From Raillietiella orientalis (Eukaryota), in the NCBI GenBank assembly GCA_036172245.1, contig JAYWIR010000119.1, positions 62,001 to 105,781 on the forward strand: 43,781 nucleotides of DNA. Direction: 5' to 3'. The position numbers and the translations under genes are program-made. The notes under the pieces were generated by a model. That model worked only from the letters and a program-made list of their open reading frames with translations. It did no database searches and was not told where the DNA came from. Shown piece by piece: positions 1 through 12,760 of the stretch. The first letter of the stretch is position 1, and each line of letters opens with the position of its first letter.

Positions 1-3000
1 CCTTGTTGCTGCAAATATGTTGCTTTTGCACTTTTTCCCTCCTGCTAACCCGGTCCTCTTGATATACGGAAACCAAAATTTTTGAATGAATGCGCAAAAT
101 AGCTTGATTTATCAATCAAGAAGTTCTTGGCACTTGCGTACAGTTAGTGACATCTTTTTCATTTATATTATAAATTCATTGCTTCATTTATTCGTAAGTG
201 CCGTTTCTAGTCATTTCTGCTCAGTATTATAAAAGTATCATTTTGGTTTATTTGTAGTCGTATTGGTTTTGTTTTAGCGCAATCGAGAACATATAAATTA
301 GCCATTCCCACAGACAGAATAGAAAAAAGAAATTCCTCCTGAAACAAGGCAAGTCTCCTTGTAATCGGAAGCTCACGAAAGCCTTCACTGCTCTTTCGAT
401 AAAGAGGCATATCATACCAAATTCCCCTTCTGCTGCTGTTAGTTTAATGTCTAGCGCATTGCCGGCGAAGGGGGGCTCCGAAACCACCAGAGCTAAACCA
501 CGAACCACCGCAGAGGAATTTCGCTTGTGAAATATGCATGAAACAAACAAGCTCCAATTTGCAAAAGAAGACTAGGGAGTTTCTCAATATTTCTTCAGAA
601 TTTCTTAGGTTTCCCCGCGTCTGTGTTGAGCCCACTTATGATCTCTTTGAAAAAAAAAAAAGCACGGAAAGTTGGTTAAAAGTTTTTTTCCCGCTAATTC
701 TATGTTTGGAGAGATTTTTCATCCTAGTTTCCTCAGAAATATTCCATCTTGCTGCAGCTTCCTCCTCTGTCTGATTTGCATTTGAAGAATAACAACAAGA
801 TTCGCCTATTTCGGATTTCACGCATTTCTTTTCGCTTTAGGTGCAATTTGCTTTTTGAGTAATGGACTGGAGCTGTTTAAAGTTTCTTACGTTGCCCCAT
901 CATCGAGACAAAAAGTATTGCAATCATCGAGCCTCCACCTATTCCTCTTCGTTGAAAATCATTTTTCCTGTTTTTGTCCATCTTCGAGTTTAAAGCATCT
1001 GAGAATGCAGTAAGGTTCCACCCATGCCTTCAGACTTCGCCTCCAAAACACACAAAGAGAATGGTGGATGTCGTTCCTGATGGCTTCAATGATGGAGGCA
1101 TTGCATCAGTCTTTTCCATCCACAACGTTGTCACTGAGCATCGAAGTAGAGCTGCAACTCGAGAAACGTAAACGCGCTTCATTTTCTGAAACCTTTCCTG
1201 ATGCAGTGGGATGTGCACGGAGTTGTCCACTCATATGTGACTGCTGATAATTCAATATATAAATATGAGGTTTCCATTTTCTTTATGGAAACCTAATGTT
1301 TACTCTCCTTCCTACAATCCGCGTTGGAAAGCGCCTCTGTGTTCTCGGGCTCGTGCCTCAAAGTGAGTAGTGCAAAACGCAAAAAAACAAAAAAAAAAAT
1401 TGCATTACTCCGCTGGAAATTCATTTCTGTGGCACTCCTGGGTCTTTCAAAGAGAACGCAGTGAGCAGTTTTTCGCGAGAGGTATGTATCGAGTTTGCGT
1501 TGCCCCATGCGAGCCAAAGATAACTAAGGCACTTGCTCTTGCAGCAGCCGCATCTGCATCAAGCCTGGAATGAAGACTGAAGTTTTTGCCCGGACCTTCA
1601 TACTTTTTCAGATACCCCTTTAACATGACCTAGCCATCAGGCATGCTTCACCATCCCTCATCCAAACCCAATTAGACACATCAGCATCATTGTATAGCAG
1701 CTTATCATTTCAGGGATCGAGTGTTTCCACACAAATTTGAGCAGTTTCGCAGTTGACAGCATATCACAAATGATGATATAGAGAGAGAGAAGGAGCGAAA
1801 CAGACAGAGAACGTAGGACTCTTACAGAGAACTTCAAAGATTACATATACATATATATAAATTGCACATCCGTATATTATTCTTGAAGTTTTTCCCATTT
1901 ATAGTTTTTTAAACTCCTTTCGAATTAACTTCTAGTCATAGTTATCAATGTGTGATCATTTTTTCATACACACTTTTTTGTTCTTTAGAGTACGAAAATA
2001 AGAAAGTGCTTCTTAAATCAAATGCATGCTTCAAAGTTTTTATGAGACTGAATTCAAGGCACGTAGCAGCAATCTTGTGAAAGAATATAAAGACCAATGG
2101 AAAACTAGTTCAAGTAAGAAGATTTCAAAACCCAAAGTAATATAATTATCTAAAGAGATTCAGTTTCCTCTTTGTTTTCATGTTTCATAAATCTCAAAGA
2201 AATCGGGAGAATCCTCATGATTGATACCCAAAACATATCTTGAAGCATAGTAGTTCTGCCTTCAATTTTGCAGTTAGAGCCATAAAATAGGCAGTTACAC
2301 TAACATGCAGTTAGGACCATAAAATAGCGGATAGACTGATTATTCGGCATGTATATGTAAGTCCCTCTGCGCACTCGCCAAAAATTGTAATATTGATACT
2401 TTTCTATCCGAGCTTCTATAGAAATTCAAATATGTTCCAGTTTTTCAGTTTGTGTTTTAATGCTTTCCTTCTTTAAATGCAAGAAACTATGAAGTACACT
2501 TCTCAAATCAAATGTGAATTCCCCATTTGTTCAGATTACAACCAAAGCTTAGGTCAAAGCACAATTACATCTGTTGATGGAATAATTGTTAAGCTTTTAT
2601 TTATTTCTGAATTGTTATTATACATCGCTTCTCGCCCTACATGTTTATGGAAGACAAATGTAGGGAGGAGTTTCCACTAAATTAACAGTCCATCTGTGTG
2701 CTTTTTCCTTCCTTTGTTTTTTTTGACTCTCAAATTTTCCGTAATGAAAGAGAGTTTATTTATTACAGACAATGGCTCAGATTATGCTTCTACTTTGTGT
2801 CCCAGGAATACCGTAGATTTTTAAATATATCGTAGAGATATCCTACTATCATCACTCATATGGTGGCGGGCACTTTGAAGGCAAGTGTAGAGCCAGTTTT
2901 CGTCACTTGTTCACCTTTCTCCGTCTGCCTCCAACGCTGTGAGCTCGTGAGTACTCATAAGGACAAAGGACGTACATAATGAGTGTTTTCCCTTATTCCG

Positions 3001-6000
3001 GCAGCACCAGGTTTTAGCACTGGCTTTGTTCCCGGAATGCACTGGCTGGAGACTGCCAACACCGAGTGTTTCCATGTAGGCTTCTCGATTTGGGTCGTCA
3101 GCTCTTCATGCATTGCTGTAATTACGCTCTGGTTATAGATGTGCCTGTTTTGGATATAATCAAAAGATTCTTTCATCTTCCACATCTCATTCGTCATAGA
3201 CGATCTGTGCCTTTCCTGGTGAGGTATCCTCACACAGTCAGGAAGTTGTCGGATTCTACCACTGTTGGATTGCGCTACATGTACCTAGAGAAGATATAAT
3301 GAGCAGGATACACGTCCACTGCTGGAGAGGATATGCTTCGAAGTATGGTACCACCCAACACAGAACATGGTTGTCGTCTGATCTGGATGTATTTCCATAA
3401 AGGATGTACATGTCCATGTTGCCTTCCTTTGGGCTGCGTATAAGATTGGGACAATTTTCCTCCTCACATGCTCGTCAGCTTCGAGAATCATACGTGATTT
3501 TAAGGATTCTTCCGTCGATCATCTACTCTATCTCGAGTCTTTTGGATGCCTATCCTCCCATCCTCCATATGCTTTTGACATCGTCTCGGTTTTCTGCGCT
3601 TTCCATCTATCACTTCCGGCAAAAAATTTCCGAAGTTTCAATCTTTGGTGCTGTCGGCATTTTCTGTTTCATCATCGACCTCAGCATCGTTTGAAAAGAT
3701 CTTATTCAGTTGGTTGGTCCTAGCAGACCTAGCATAGGATAGGTCGGCGAGAGTGAGATTTAATGGCATTTACATATTAATTGACTTAAGCATGCATTTT
3801 TTGACGAGTTGCATGATGGTGATAGGGATGAGTATCCAATCAGCTTTCTTGAATATCCCTAGCCTTTAGTAATACACCAGACCAGGGAAGGGAGCCATCG
3901 TTGCCATGGGAACGACTCGCAATTCATTATGGCCATGGCTTCGGCTAGTACCTGATATATGGTGGGCTCCAGTTGAATAAACCCTAGACAAGCATTAGGT
4001 TTATTCACATTCCACAAATTATTGTTGAATTATAGAAGTAGATCGCAGTCATAAATTTTCCCTTTGAGCTTTATTGAAGTTTTTGACACTTAAGAAAATT
4101 TTCCTATTTTCCAGCAGTATAATACAACTTTTTCAGTGAGCATGAAATAAACCATTGAGTTAAATAGATCGTGTACTTTCTGTCTGTTTCCCATCATGAA
4201 TCAGTAGATTAGATAGAAAAACAATTCTCTTCTATTGTAACTATTATCTGCTCCATAGAGCATTCCTAAATAGAAGATTGTACACGTATTTCTGCATACC
4301 ACAGCCGAATAAATGAAATGATCTCTTCTTCTAACTTATAGCTTTGATGAATTATCGTTTTGCAAAATAGTGAATATCACAGTCGCGAATGTCCTATTAT
4401 GTCAATATATTTCAGTTACAGCATTACCGGATTTAGAACTACACAACTAGCACTACAAAAAATATCATCCAAGGAGCGAACATGCTGTATTTCACTAGAG
4501 AAACAAGCAAAAAAATATGCTAAGAACCCTCAGAAACTCCAACTAGGAAATGCATTTTAAATTAAAATCAAGAAAAATGGTCATGCAGAGTGACTGGGAC
4601 TTTGAAAGTAAGGAATTGTTGACAAAGCAGGATTGAATTCTATTCACTTATCCTTCTAATCAGCAGCATGACTCAAAGTTTCTGACATTTAATATTTTTT
4701 TAAACTATAAAAATGTGTTCAAGCGTTGCTTTAAAGTCCTATTCAAATAAGCAGTTGGATTCTATGAGTTCTGTTTCTTTCTCAATCCTGAAATAGCATG
4801 ACTGCCCTGATATGTTGTAGGCAGAAAGTGGTTCGCGAAGTGTGGGTATCGTCTCGTACCCAAAAGGAGGAATTGTGTTGTTATCTGTTTCAAATGTTGG
4901 AAGATACCCAGCATAACAGCCCTGGTTCGAGTTCAAGGTATGAATTTAAAACTGAATTTTCGATCAGTGAGAAATTTCTGATTGCAACTTTTTCCTTTCT
5001 TTGACATCTTTTCAATATTGGTAGTCTTCAAATCAGTTGTATTACCTGGAGATGAAGATGTGTATTTATTGCTCATTCTTCCATTCCAGACGGAGAGTTA
5101 ATCCATAATTTAGATTTTCTTGACCCATATGTAATATTTTACTACAATCCCCCTTAGAGTTACTCTTCTTAATACTATTCTTCTGAGATCAGGAATCTCA
5201 GTCACAAGAACACATCACTACCTCTTAAAAAAGTTCACCCCTTTTGCTACTCCCACTATTTCTCACCATTATTATTGGTTTACTGTAAAGTATAATTCAA
5301 ATCCTAGAATACTTCATGCTCATATTCTCTATTGCAGACTCCATTTTTGGCACATTTTTCATCACAAAAGACTTCCGTGGCCTGATTTATCCGAAGAAAA
5401 CATTTGTATGCACTTTGTATTAGGATTTCAAGCACGATTTGACTTAGCTGGATAGCAAGATGCTGTACAAGGAAAAATGCAGCATGTAAGTTTACTTAAA
5501 TGCTTTTGCTTTTCTGACTGTAGACATGTTAAAGAATGCATCAAGAAATGCTAGTGTATGATACTTTCATTTTTATGCAATTTTAGCAATTCGTTTCGGC
5601 GACTAGGTTGGATTATTTTTGGAAATGAATTTAGTTAATTCAATTTGCATTGCATCTTACATTTTTTCATATGCAATCAGTAGTTTCAGTTGGATTTAGG
5701 AGTGCAGATGATCTTTATGGTGCTGTTTTGATCCATTTTTGTGGAAGGGCATCTACCATCTTACCGGTGGCTTTTTTTCTTTTGCAGTCAGTGCATTGAA
5801 TTGCAGTTCTTGTAATGCTTACCTCTCTTGCATGGATGTGATGTGGCATTTGTGTTAAGAGACATTCTGTTCAAGTGTAAATGAATTGGTCATTGGTGCT
5901 GTACACAACTCTCAGGGATGCTTTATGTTTTAAAGTTTTTTTTTCCTATCAATTCATATCAGCTTATTTCAAAAATGGTTTGGCATGCAACTGTTCAAGT

Positions 6001-6554
6001 ATGCAGTCATAAGAGCTGGGATTTCAGTATATGTTTTCTTTTAGAATTTCGAATTAACATTCTGCATACACAAGAATATACATGTACTGGAACTGTTTTT
6101 AACTTGTGTGATTTACCATATGATATTTCGTAATTGGTTACTATTAATGTATTTTGTATTGATAAACAGTGGAGGTGCCTTCAAGGTATTTGCTGCATAC
6201 TCCCTACAGAGGTGCTTTATATGTGGTGTAAAGGATGGTTGCCTGTTCATTTGATGCTGATAGAAGGAAATTACATGCACAGATGCAGCACTGACAGTGA
6301 TAGAATCTTATTGATCTTCATTTGTTTAAGGATCAGTGAGGATTTTCCGACTATTGTAGCCCTTTAGTGAACTTCTTAGGGTCCACAAGTTGCAGTGTTG
6401 AAGGTTTTACTATGATTTCCTTGAAGTAGGAATTAAATTTTATGGATGATGCTCATGAATATATGTTCAGACAAGGCTAGACAGTTCAGATGTTGAAATT
6501 GCAAAGCAACCCTTCAAGATGGGAAGCAACTCGGCAGTACCCTTCAGCCCACTT

Positions 6555-7780
6555 TCATGTGGCTGCCCAGGCCGTTGGAATTTGTCATGGATGTTGATTG
6601 GCAGGCTGATCTTCAGTGACAGTACAGCTCCAATGAGCAAGGGCCTCTGTTTGGTCTTCTGGTCCAGGCGCTTTATATAATTGGAACCCAAATACAATAC
6701 TGCTCTTATTGTTGCTGCAGTTTCTCTTCTCGCTGAAACTGTCTGGAATTTTCTTGTCCAGTTGAGATCTTAGTCTCTGATTCGGATTGGTATGGTCTTG
6801 ATTGCTAGGGGTGCTGTTCCAGTGATGTCCAGACTTTTGAAACAACCTTTTGTTATCTTCAAAGTTGTTTTTGGCCCTATAATATCTGACAACAACTTCA
6901 GATAACGGAGGTTGAATCGAGTTCTAGGAACGTATTCTGGAAGCGTTGTGATGGTTATTCTTCGGCTACCTAGTCTCTGCTTAATCTCTTGACGTTGAGG
7001 AGTTGTTATATTCATTCTACCTAGGAGATTCTTTGTCCACCTAGAACATCTGGCCTTCCTATTCTATAATCGATATCTGGCACTTCAGCTTCGGATGTTA
7101 GGGTCATCACACCGTTCGCAGTGATTCCCAGGCGTGGAACCTCTTTGAAAAGGTTATGATTTTCCTGGTTCGCAGCATTTGCTTAATACCATCCCAACCC
7201 ATGCACCGTTGTGGTCGGTAAGTTTGGAATGTTCAACCCCGATCTTTTGCCCATTTCGTCAGCATAATCGCCGACTGATGTTAACTAAGATGGGCTGAGG
7301 TAGTTGAACTTCCCATCTGTTGTAGCGTTACGTATTTATTTTTCCTCCAAGGTCAGTGCCCGTTTTGCTTGCTTGGCCTTTATGTCCAGCAGACGTAGCC
7401 GGACCACTGCTGAGGCATAGTATCATATGTTGGCTTTCTCAATCTTCTGATCTAGGAAAAGATTCTCGAGTGGATTTTTTTCATATATTTGGTCAGCGAT
7501 GTTATATAGCTGATCGAATGATGTGCTGAATGTCTCGCGCACACTGATTTCGGACACCTTCATATCCGAGCCGAAAGTAACCTCATCAATAGACGATTTA
7601 CGTTGTGGCATAAGATCCATGTTCCGCTCCATATTCGTCTCCGTAATGGCGAATGGCGTGGCTATATGAGTTTTGTTTGCCAGCCTCTTCACACATCCTG
7701 GATTTGAAGCTTGTGGAGCTTGCTGCTTGGCAGCAGGGGGAACTGCTCATTTCACTTCACTTTCGGACTACTTTCGCCTT
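6555..7780 (-). pseudogene. Endogenous viral element: partiti-like dsRNA virus capsid protein, decayed
   Basis: Minus-strand translation through stops and frameshifts gives EISVRETFSTSFDQL...YYASAVVRLRLLDIKAKQAKRALTLEEK*IRNAT...EMGKRSGLNIPNLPTT...HNLFKEVPRLGI...QRQEIKQRLGSRRITITTLPEYVPRTRFNLRYLKLLSDIIG...FGFQLYKAPGP...WSC...QIPTAW. From memory these blocks are collinear with capsids of arthropod partiti-like viruses; needs BLASTx confirmation. Ends approximate. Confidence 0.75.
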
Positions 7781-10700
7781 CCTTGGAAGGAAATCTTTAG
7801 GAGAATAGTTGGTTTTATTTATTTCTTAGCAGACCGCTACCTGTTAGGCCAACAACTAACTCGGTAGTTGTATGAAGCCTAATGATGCTTCTTGCAGCCA
7901 GTGGCAGTAGCCTTCTTGCAGTAGGCAGAGCGATTGCTTTTCTTTGCAGTGGTTAGATTCACAGACAGTGCTTTTTATTGCTAACAATCTTTTGGGGGTG
8001 GCCTGCAAACGGAAGTGTATTAAGATTGTGAGTCATGATGAGACATGTAGTTATTGCATAATCATATGAAATTCAAGGCCAATATCATGATGGGGATGTT
8101 GTTTCCCCGTTTCAGCCGACAAAATTGCATACTTTTTGCTTTTTATCTGCAGTTGAAACTTAAATAAAAAGAAGGATATCCAAGTACGATGTTGATGTTC
8201 AACATTGATGATGCATTCAGTGCATGCTTTGTGTTTCACAGAGCACCATGTATGATTGAAGCTATGAAGCTGCAGCATTTCTTTGTATGCTTCATTAGAC
8301 AATCGTGGGGTGTTTTGTATGTTCCATTGACTTCATGTACTCTAGGTCAAATTTTCATAAATAAATGACAGGAAGCAGGAAAATGTTATATTTTGTTTGA
8401 ATGTTTGAATAAATTGTGTCTCTTTGCCCGTCAGTTCGATTTCTTCGCGCTGCTTGGCAGGTTTGTGTACCCATATTGTGTCATTTTTGCCATTTGGTTG
8501 AAAATCTCAGCTTTAATGACAAGTACCATGTCTGAAACTGTTTTATCACGTTCAGAGATAGCAGAATATAAGTGCTTTTCGGAATTCGATATTTGAACTT
8601 TCCACTGACGGTTTTGGTTTTCTGAAGCAGCATATTTCATCTCAGCAATGTTCATTAAACTCGAGCATATCATGAACAGTTTGTTACAGTATTAGGGATG
8701 AAGTAGGCTCTATGTAGAAAGAATTATGAAGAAGGTGGATTATTTTTGATGGTTTTTCACCCGGGTGAGCCAGGGCTTCTATGATTAAAATTTTTTCACA
8801 ATAAAAAAAAAAATTCCACAATAAAGTCTTTTTCGTTCATGATGTTTGTCGTTTAGTTCACTACATTAGTTTTTGTCGTTCTTCGCCACTTGTCCTTACC
8901 AACCCTCAGGCCGGTAACGTCCTCCATACTGGCGCAGGGGCGGGAAAAACAAAAATAAAACAAAAAAAAAGAAAACGCCTGGGAAAGGCAGTGTTCTTTG
9001 TGCAGGGGAGGGAAGGGAGGGGATCACGGTACGCCGTGAAGAGGCCTCTGCATCCTGTTTCGGATGCGAACAAGTGCCGGCAAATGTTTTCCAAGTCGAC
9101 GCCAACGGCAGGCCTTCTCCAAAGAGATGGCTGCCCAGTGGATGGCATTCCGACTCGTACTTCCTCTCCTTGACGCGGTCCACTTGTCCAGGACTCCGCA
9201 TATGCAACAGAGCACTGCTACACACCCGAAATCTGGCAAGGCGTCCCGCGTCAGGAGGCGTCTAAATAAGTTTTTCGGGTCGCCCACCGGAATGTTCAGG
9301 ATCGACGAGATTCGGTCCCACATCTCCCGGAGGACAACACACTCTAGAATCAATTGGGGGAAGGTCTCCCTTTCCCCGCACTCTGTACAATTGGCATCCA
9401 CATTCCCCGATGTCCAGTGAGACAGGCGTGCTCTGCTTAAGAGTCCCCAATGGAGCAGAAGGAACGCCGTCTCCTGCCATTGCAGAGGAAGGGTGCCGTT
9501 ATCCCAACCCGCTGTGGGCCACTTCACCTCCTCCGGAAGTATGTCGAGCAGCGCGCCCCAGCGTACTAAGTCCATTCGGCGGGGCAGCGGGTGTACTAGC
9601 GTCCGCTAGTTCCCGAGACGTCCACGCCTTCAATTGTTTTTTCCTGCCTCCGATAAGGCAGGACACTTCCTACGATGCCTCCTGATGGCTGTCCCTAACT
9701 TCTCTGAGGGAGGGCAGCACGGAGTCAAGGGGGGTGAAGGAAGCCCACAGAAGCTTCCCTGGGTTGCACACGATCTCCTGCAGTGGCTGGCCAGCGTGCC
9801 TGCCTCTACGTAGGCAAAGTCCTCATCACTGGAGCCGTTGATTTTGGCCCAAGCGGAAACGGACTCCTGGAGCCAGGTAGTCCAGTCCGCAGGGATGCAG
9901 GAGATCCACGGATTGTCTCTCAACAGGGCAACCAATTCCCGCAGCTGAAATCAACAGTGGTACAGGCTGCGTTAGTTGGCTCCTAGGATTGAGGTTAATC
10001 CTTGGCAGCCGGTTGCCCTGTGTGCGAGGAGTCTTGTAGGTGCAAACCAGGGTGCAGTCCAATACTTTGCCACCAGGGCAAGTTTTCTAAATTGGAGCTG
10101 GCGCTCCATGCGCTCCATCGTCAGGACACCAAGTCCACGGTCTCTGCGTGGCTCGCACAAGTCTTTAAGACGGACACGGGGCCTCCGGTTGCCCCAGAGG
10201 GCTTTCCGTATGAGGTCCCTTGTCCGTGTCCTAATCTGTTGAGGGGTGGGACACACAAAAAGTAGGGGGCGAAGGAGGGGGGCCGCAAAAGCGTTCCACA
10301 CCGCGGCCCGTTCCTGCAAGTAAAACTTGCCGTCTCGGAACGGGCCGATCGCCAACTCCACCTTTTGGAGACGGTGGGACCAGGCTTCTGCAGCGCAGAA
10401 GTCCCCCAACGGAACGCCCAGGTACTTGAAGTACCCGCCCGTAGGGATCCCCAAGCGGATCCAGTCCGACCGTCCTGCCCGCGACGAGTCAGAAGAAATG
10501 ATCGACGACTTCGCCCTGTTTACCTCGAAGCCCGTCCCACAATGCAGCAACTCAAAGAAATCTTCGAGCGCCGATGCCGGGTTGGACCCGTGAAGCAGAA
10601 GCAGAAGGTCGTCGGCATTGGCCGACACGGCAGGCGTGCCGGGACATGAGCTCGGCAGGGTTGCCAAAGTCTCCCTGTATGCTCTCAGCACCAACTCAAA

Positions 10701-11346
10701 GTAGATGCTGAAGAGCAGGGGGCTGAGGCTGTCACCCTGCCGTATGCCTCGACGAACCGGCACGCCGTACATGTGCCGGCCGCTGAAGTTAATATTAATG
10801 ATCGCGAAGCGCCAGCAGGAGCGCAGGTAGGCCAGGAAGACAGACGGTTAATCCCATGCGTTCCAGGAGCTCCAGGAGGAGCTCCTGGCCGACGCAATCG
10901 AAAGCTTTACGCAAATCGACTGCGACCGCAAGGGCTCCGGGCGCCGCATCTTCTCCCCGGCTTCCTTCTCCCCGGCTTCCTTTCCCCCGGTCAGTGAAGA
11001 GTCCAGGACTCTCCCGAGCTAGCTGCCCCTCGCGTTGTTGCAACTGCCAAAAGGTGCGGGCGAGGAACAGGTTGGCCTCCATGGTTCGTCCGGGAACAGC
11101 GTAAGTCTGTTCCGGACTGACCACGGATCCCGCTACCCGTCCCAGCCGCTGAGCCCAGAGTTTGGCGAGCAACTTCGCGTCCGCATTCACTACAGTGATG
11201 GGACGCCAGTTGCCAACGTTCCGCAAGTCTTTTCCCATGGGGAGGAGACGTACTCTAGCTGACCAGAACGAGTTCGGGACATCCCCACGTTCACGGATCA
11301 GCATACATAATTTGAGCACCAGGGGGACCAGCTCTGCCTCGAAGTG

Positions 11347-12403
11347 AATGAGGATGAGGAATCTGTCGAGTCGCGGGCTTGCGCTGTACTAGGACTTGAA
11401 GCGCAAGCCCAAGGGAGTATGGTTCCATTTTCATTCATCATCCAATCTGTAAGACGACTAGCATCACACTTGGAGATATCACGTACAACCCATATGTCTG
11501 ACGACATCTTTTCGTAGTTCGGCTCCCAATTACTAGAGACAATGATGTGAGGGTCCAAAATGTTTGATGGATCCTTGATATTTGCTGTCGAAGATAATTC
11601 CGTTTTTCATGGTTTCGATGAAACCGTATTGCACGAGTTCTTGATTGTCTCGTGTAAGATCGACTACGATTACCCACTCGCCGTTGTAGATGTGGGCGGC
11701 GTCCGTTTTCTTGCAGGAGTGCTTGTAGATCGCTCCCTTTTTTAGGTAAAGGAATTTGGCCATCGTGATTTTGCCTATTCCTCCAATTGGGTCGAAGAAC
11801 CAGTGTATTTTGCGGTTGTCTGGGTTGTGGCGGATAAGTTTGAGTATGTCCATCTGCCAGCTTCTGAGTTGGAGTTTAGTTAGTGGATTAGGGTGTGCTC
11901 TGCTGTGTGTTAGCCTTAAGCATTCTTTAACAAAGTTTATGTTTTTGGAATAAAACTTTGTGTGATTTTTTAAGATGAAGTGTTCGTCTGCACCTTCTTC
12001 GATAAGCTGTAGGATCTAGTAGAGATATGACTAATTATTTTGTTTGAACGATTTATGGACTTACCAGGTCTTGGTAGTTTGTTGGTTCGTTTGCTTCGTG
12101 TAATTTGCCGTATGTCCAGGCGTTTTTGTCCTCCTTAGTGCAGTACCTTAAGTTGCTCTGAGCTGATCCTCTTGCTTTCTCCAAGTGTGTCTTGTGGAAA
12201 GGTTTTCTTTTTAGTCCTGGCATGGTGCGTGGCTCTTTTAATTGGAAGTATCCCTAAAGATGTGGCGTCCCTGTTTTGGCAGTTTTTTGGCCAATGCAGG
12301 CGAAGCCGCAGTTGGCACGGCATCAGTTCTTAATGTCTTTCAAGTCTTCTTCGGTGAAGTTGCAGAGTGTAAAGCACCAATTGAAAAACAGTGCGTACGG
12401 CAT
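11347..12403 (-). pseudogene. rep: Rolling-circle replication initiator Rep (HUH endonuclease + SF3 helicase), spliced, disrupted
   Basis: ATG at 12403; motif I WCFTLCN, motif II TPHL*G, motif III YCTKE; Walker A DPIGGIGKIT, Walker B IVVDLTR, KNGIIFDSKY, motif C PHIIVSSN, SSDIW. Premature stops at 12323-12325 and 12254-12256, a frameshift near 11555, and no stop before the LINE junction. Confidence 0.95.
12016..12064 (-). other. 49-nt GT-AG intron in viral rep
   Basis: GTAAGT...CTACTAG; removal joins a 339-nt exon 1 in frame to the helicase exon (NYQDL|ILQLIEEG). Confidence 0.8.
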
Positions 12404-12452
12404 CTTGAAATTCACTGTAGGTAAGACTTGGCTTTGGTTCTCTGTGTGTTGG

Positions 12453-12460
12453 TATTTATA
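12453..12460 (-). promoter_or_regulatory. TATA box of rep
   Basis: TATAAATA on the minus strand about 50 nt upstream of the rep ATG, next to the origin hairpin. Confidence 0.6.
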
Positions 12461-12479
12461 GTGCGTAACTGCGCAGAAG

Positions 12480-12514
12480 ATGCAATCTGGTAAATAGTAT
12501 TACCCAGATTGCAT
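12480..12514 (+). other. CRESS virus origin of replication stem-loop
   Basis: ATGCAATCTGG-TAAA-TAGTATTAC-CCAGATTGCAT: perfect 11-bp stem; the loop contains the canonical nonanucleotide TAGTATTAC (12495-12503). Confidence 0.95.
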
Positions 12515-12760
12515 TTCGCTGACAACTCAAAACCTTGGGAAATTCCGATATGTTGTAAGTGATATTTTTAGTGGCTGGTTTTTGTGCGCAATCATGGAAG
12601 ACTTTGGAATGAGGAACATGCTGTTGCTGTCCACGTGGGAAGTGCGTGGCGTAACCCGACCTCGTGGAAGACTGATGAAGTCGGGTGGGCGTGCCCACCA
12701 GCCAGACTAAAAAAGGGCGGGGGATTGACTTAGGTCGTCAGTACGCTGTCAAGCAGCGGA

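Noticed and set aside
1268..1294. 10-bp inverted repeat AGGTTTCCAT/ATGGAAACCT; a similar one at 3974-4007
   Set aside because: Short and AT-rich; plausible by chance, with no associated element.
250..1650. Protein-like minus-strand stretches (YEGPGKNF..., VSRVAALL, LCVLEAK) hinting at a viral nucleoprotein or nuclease
   Set aside because: Motifs are short, lie in different frames and are separated by many stops; cannot be supported without a search.
2270..2328. Imperfect 22-bp direct repeat TGCAGTTAG..CCATAAAATAG
   Set aside because: Only two copies; a local duplication, not a CRISPR array or satellite.
4050..6500. Short ORFs in AT-rich DNA
   Set aside because: No recognisable domains or consistent exon structure.
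7850..8700. 80-aa minus-strand ORFs next to the partiti-like element
   Set aside because: No motif recognised; not called.
11347..12403. Rep as part of a Helitron or bacterial plasmid
   Set aside because: The SF3 rather than PIF1 helicase, the nonanucleotide hairpin, the intron and the Arg-rich capsid start all indicate a CRESS virus.
12654..12698. Secondary hairpins and GCGTAAC-like iteron candidates in the viral intergenic region
   Set aside because: Too short and imperfect to call.
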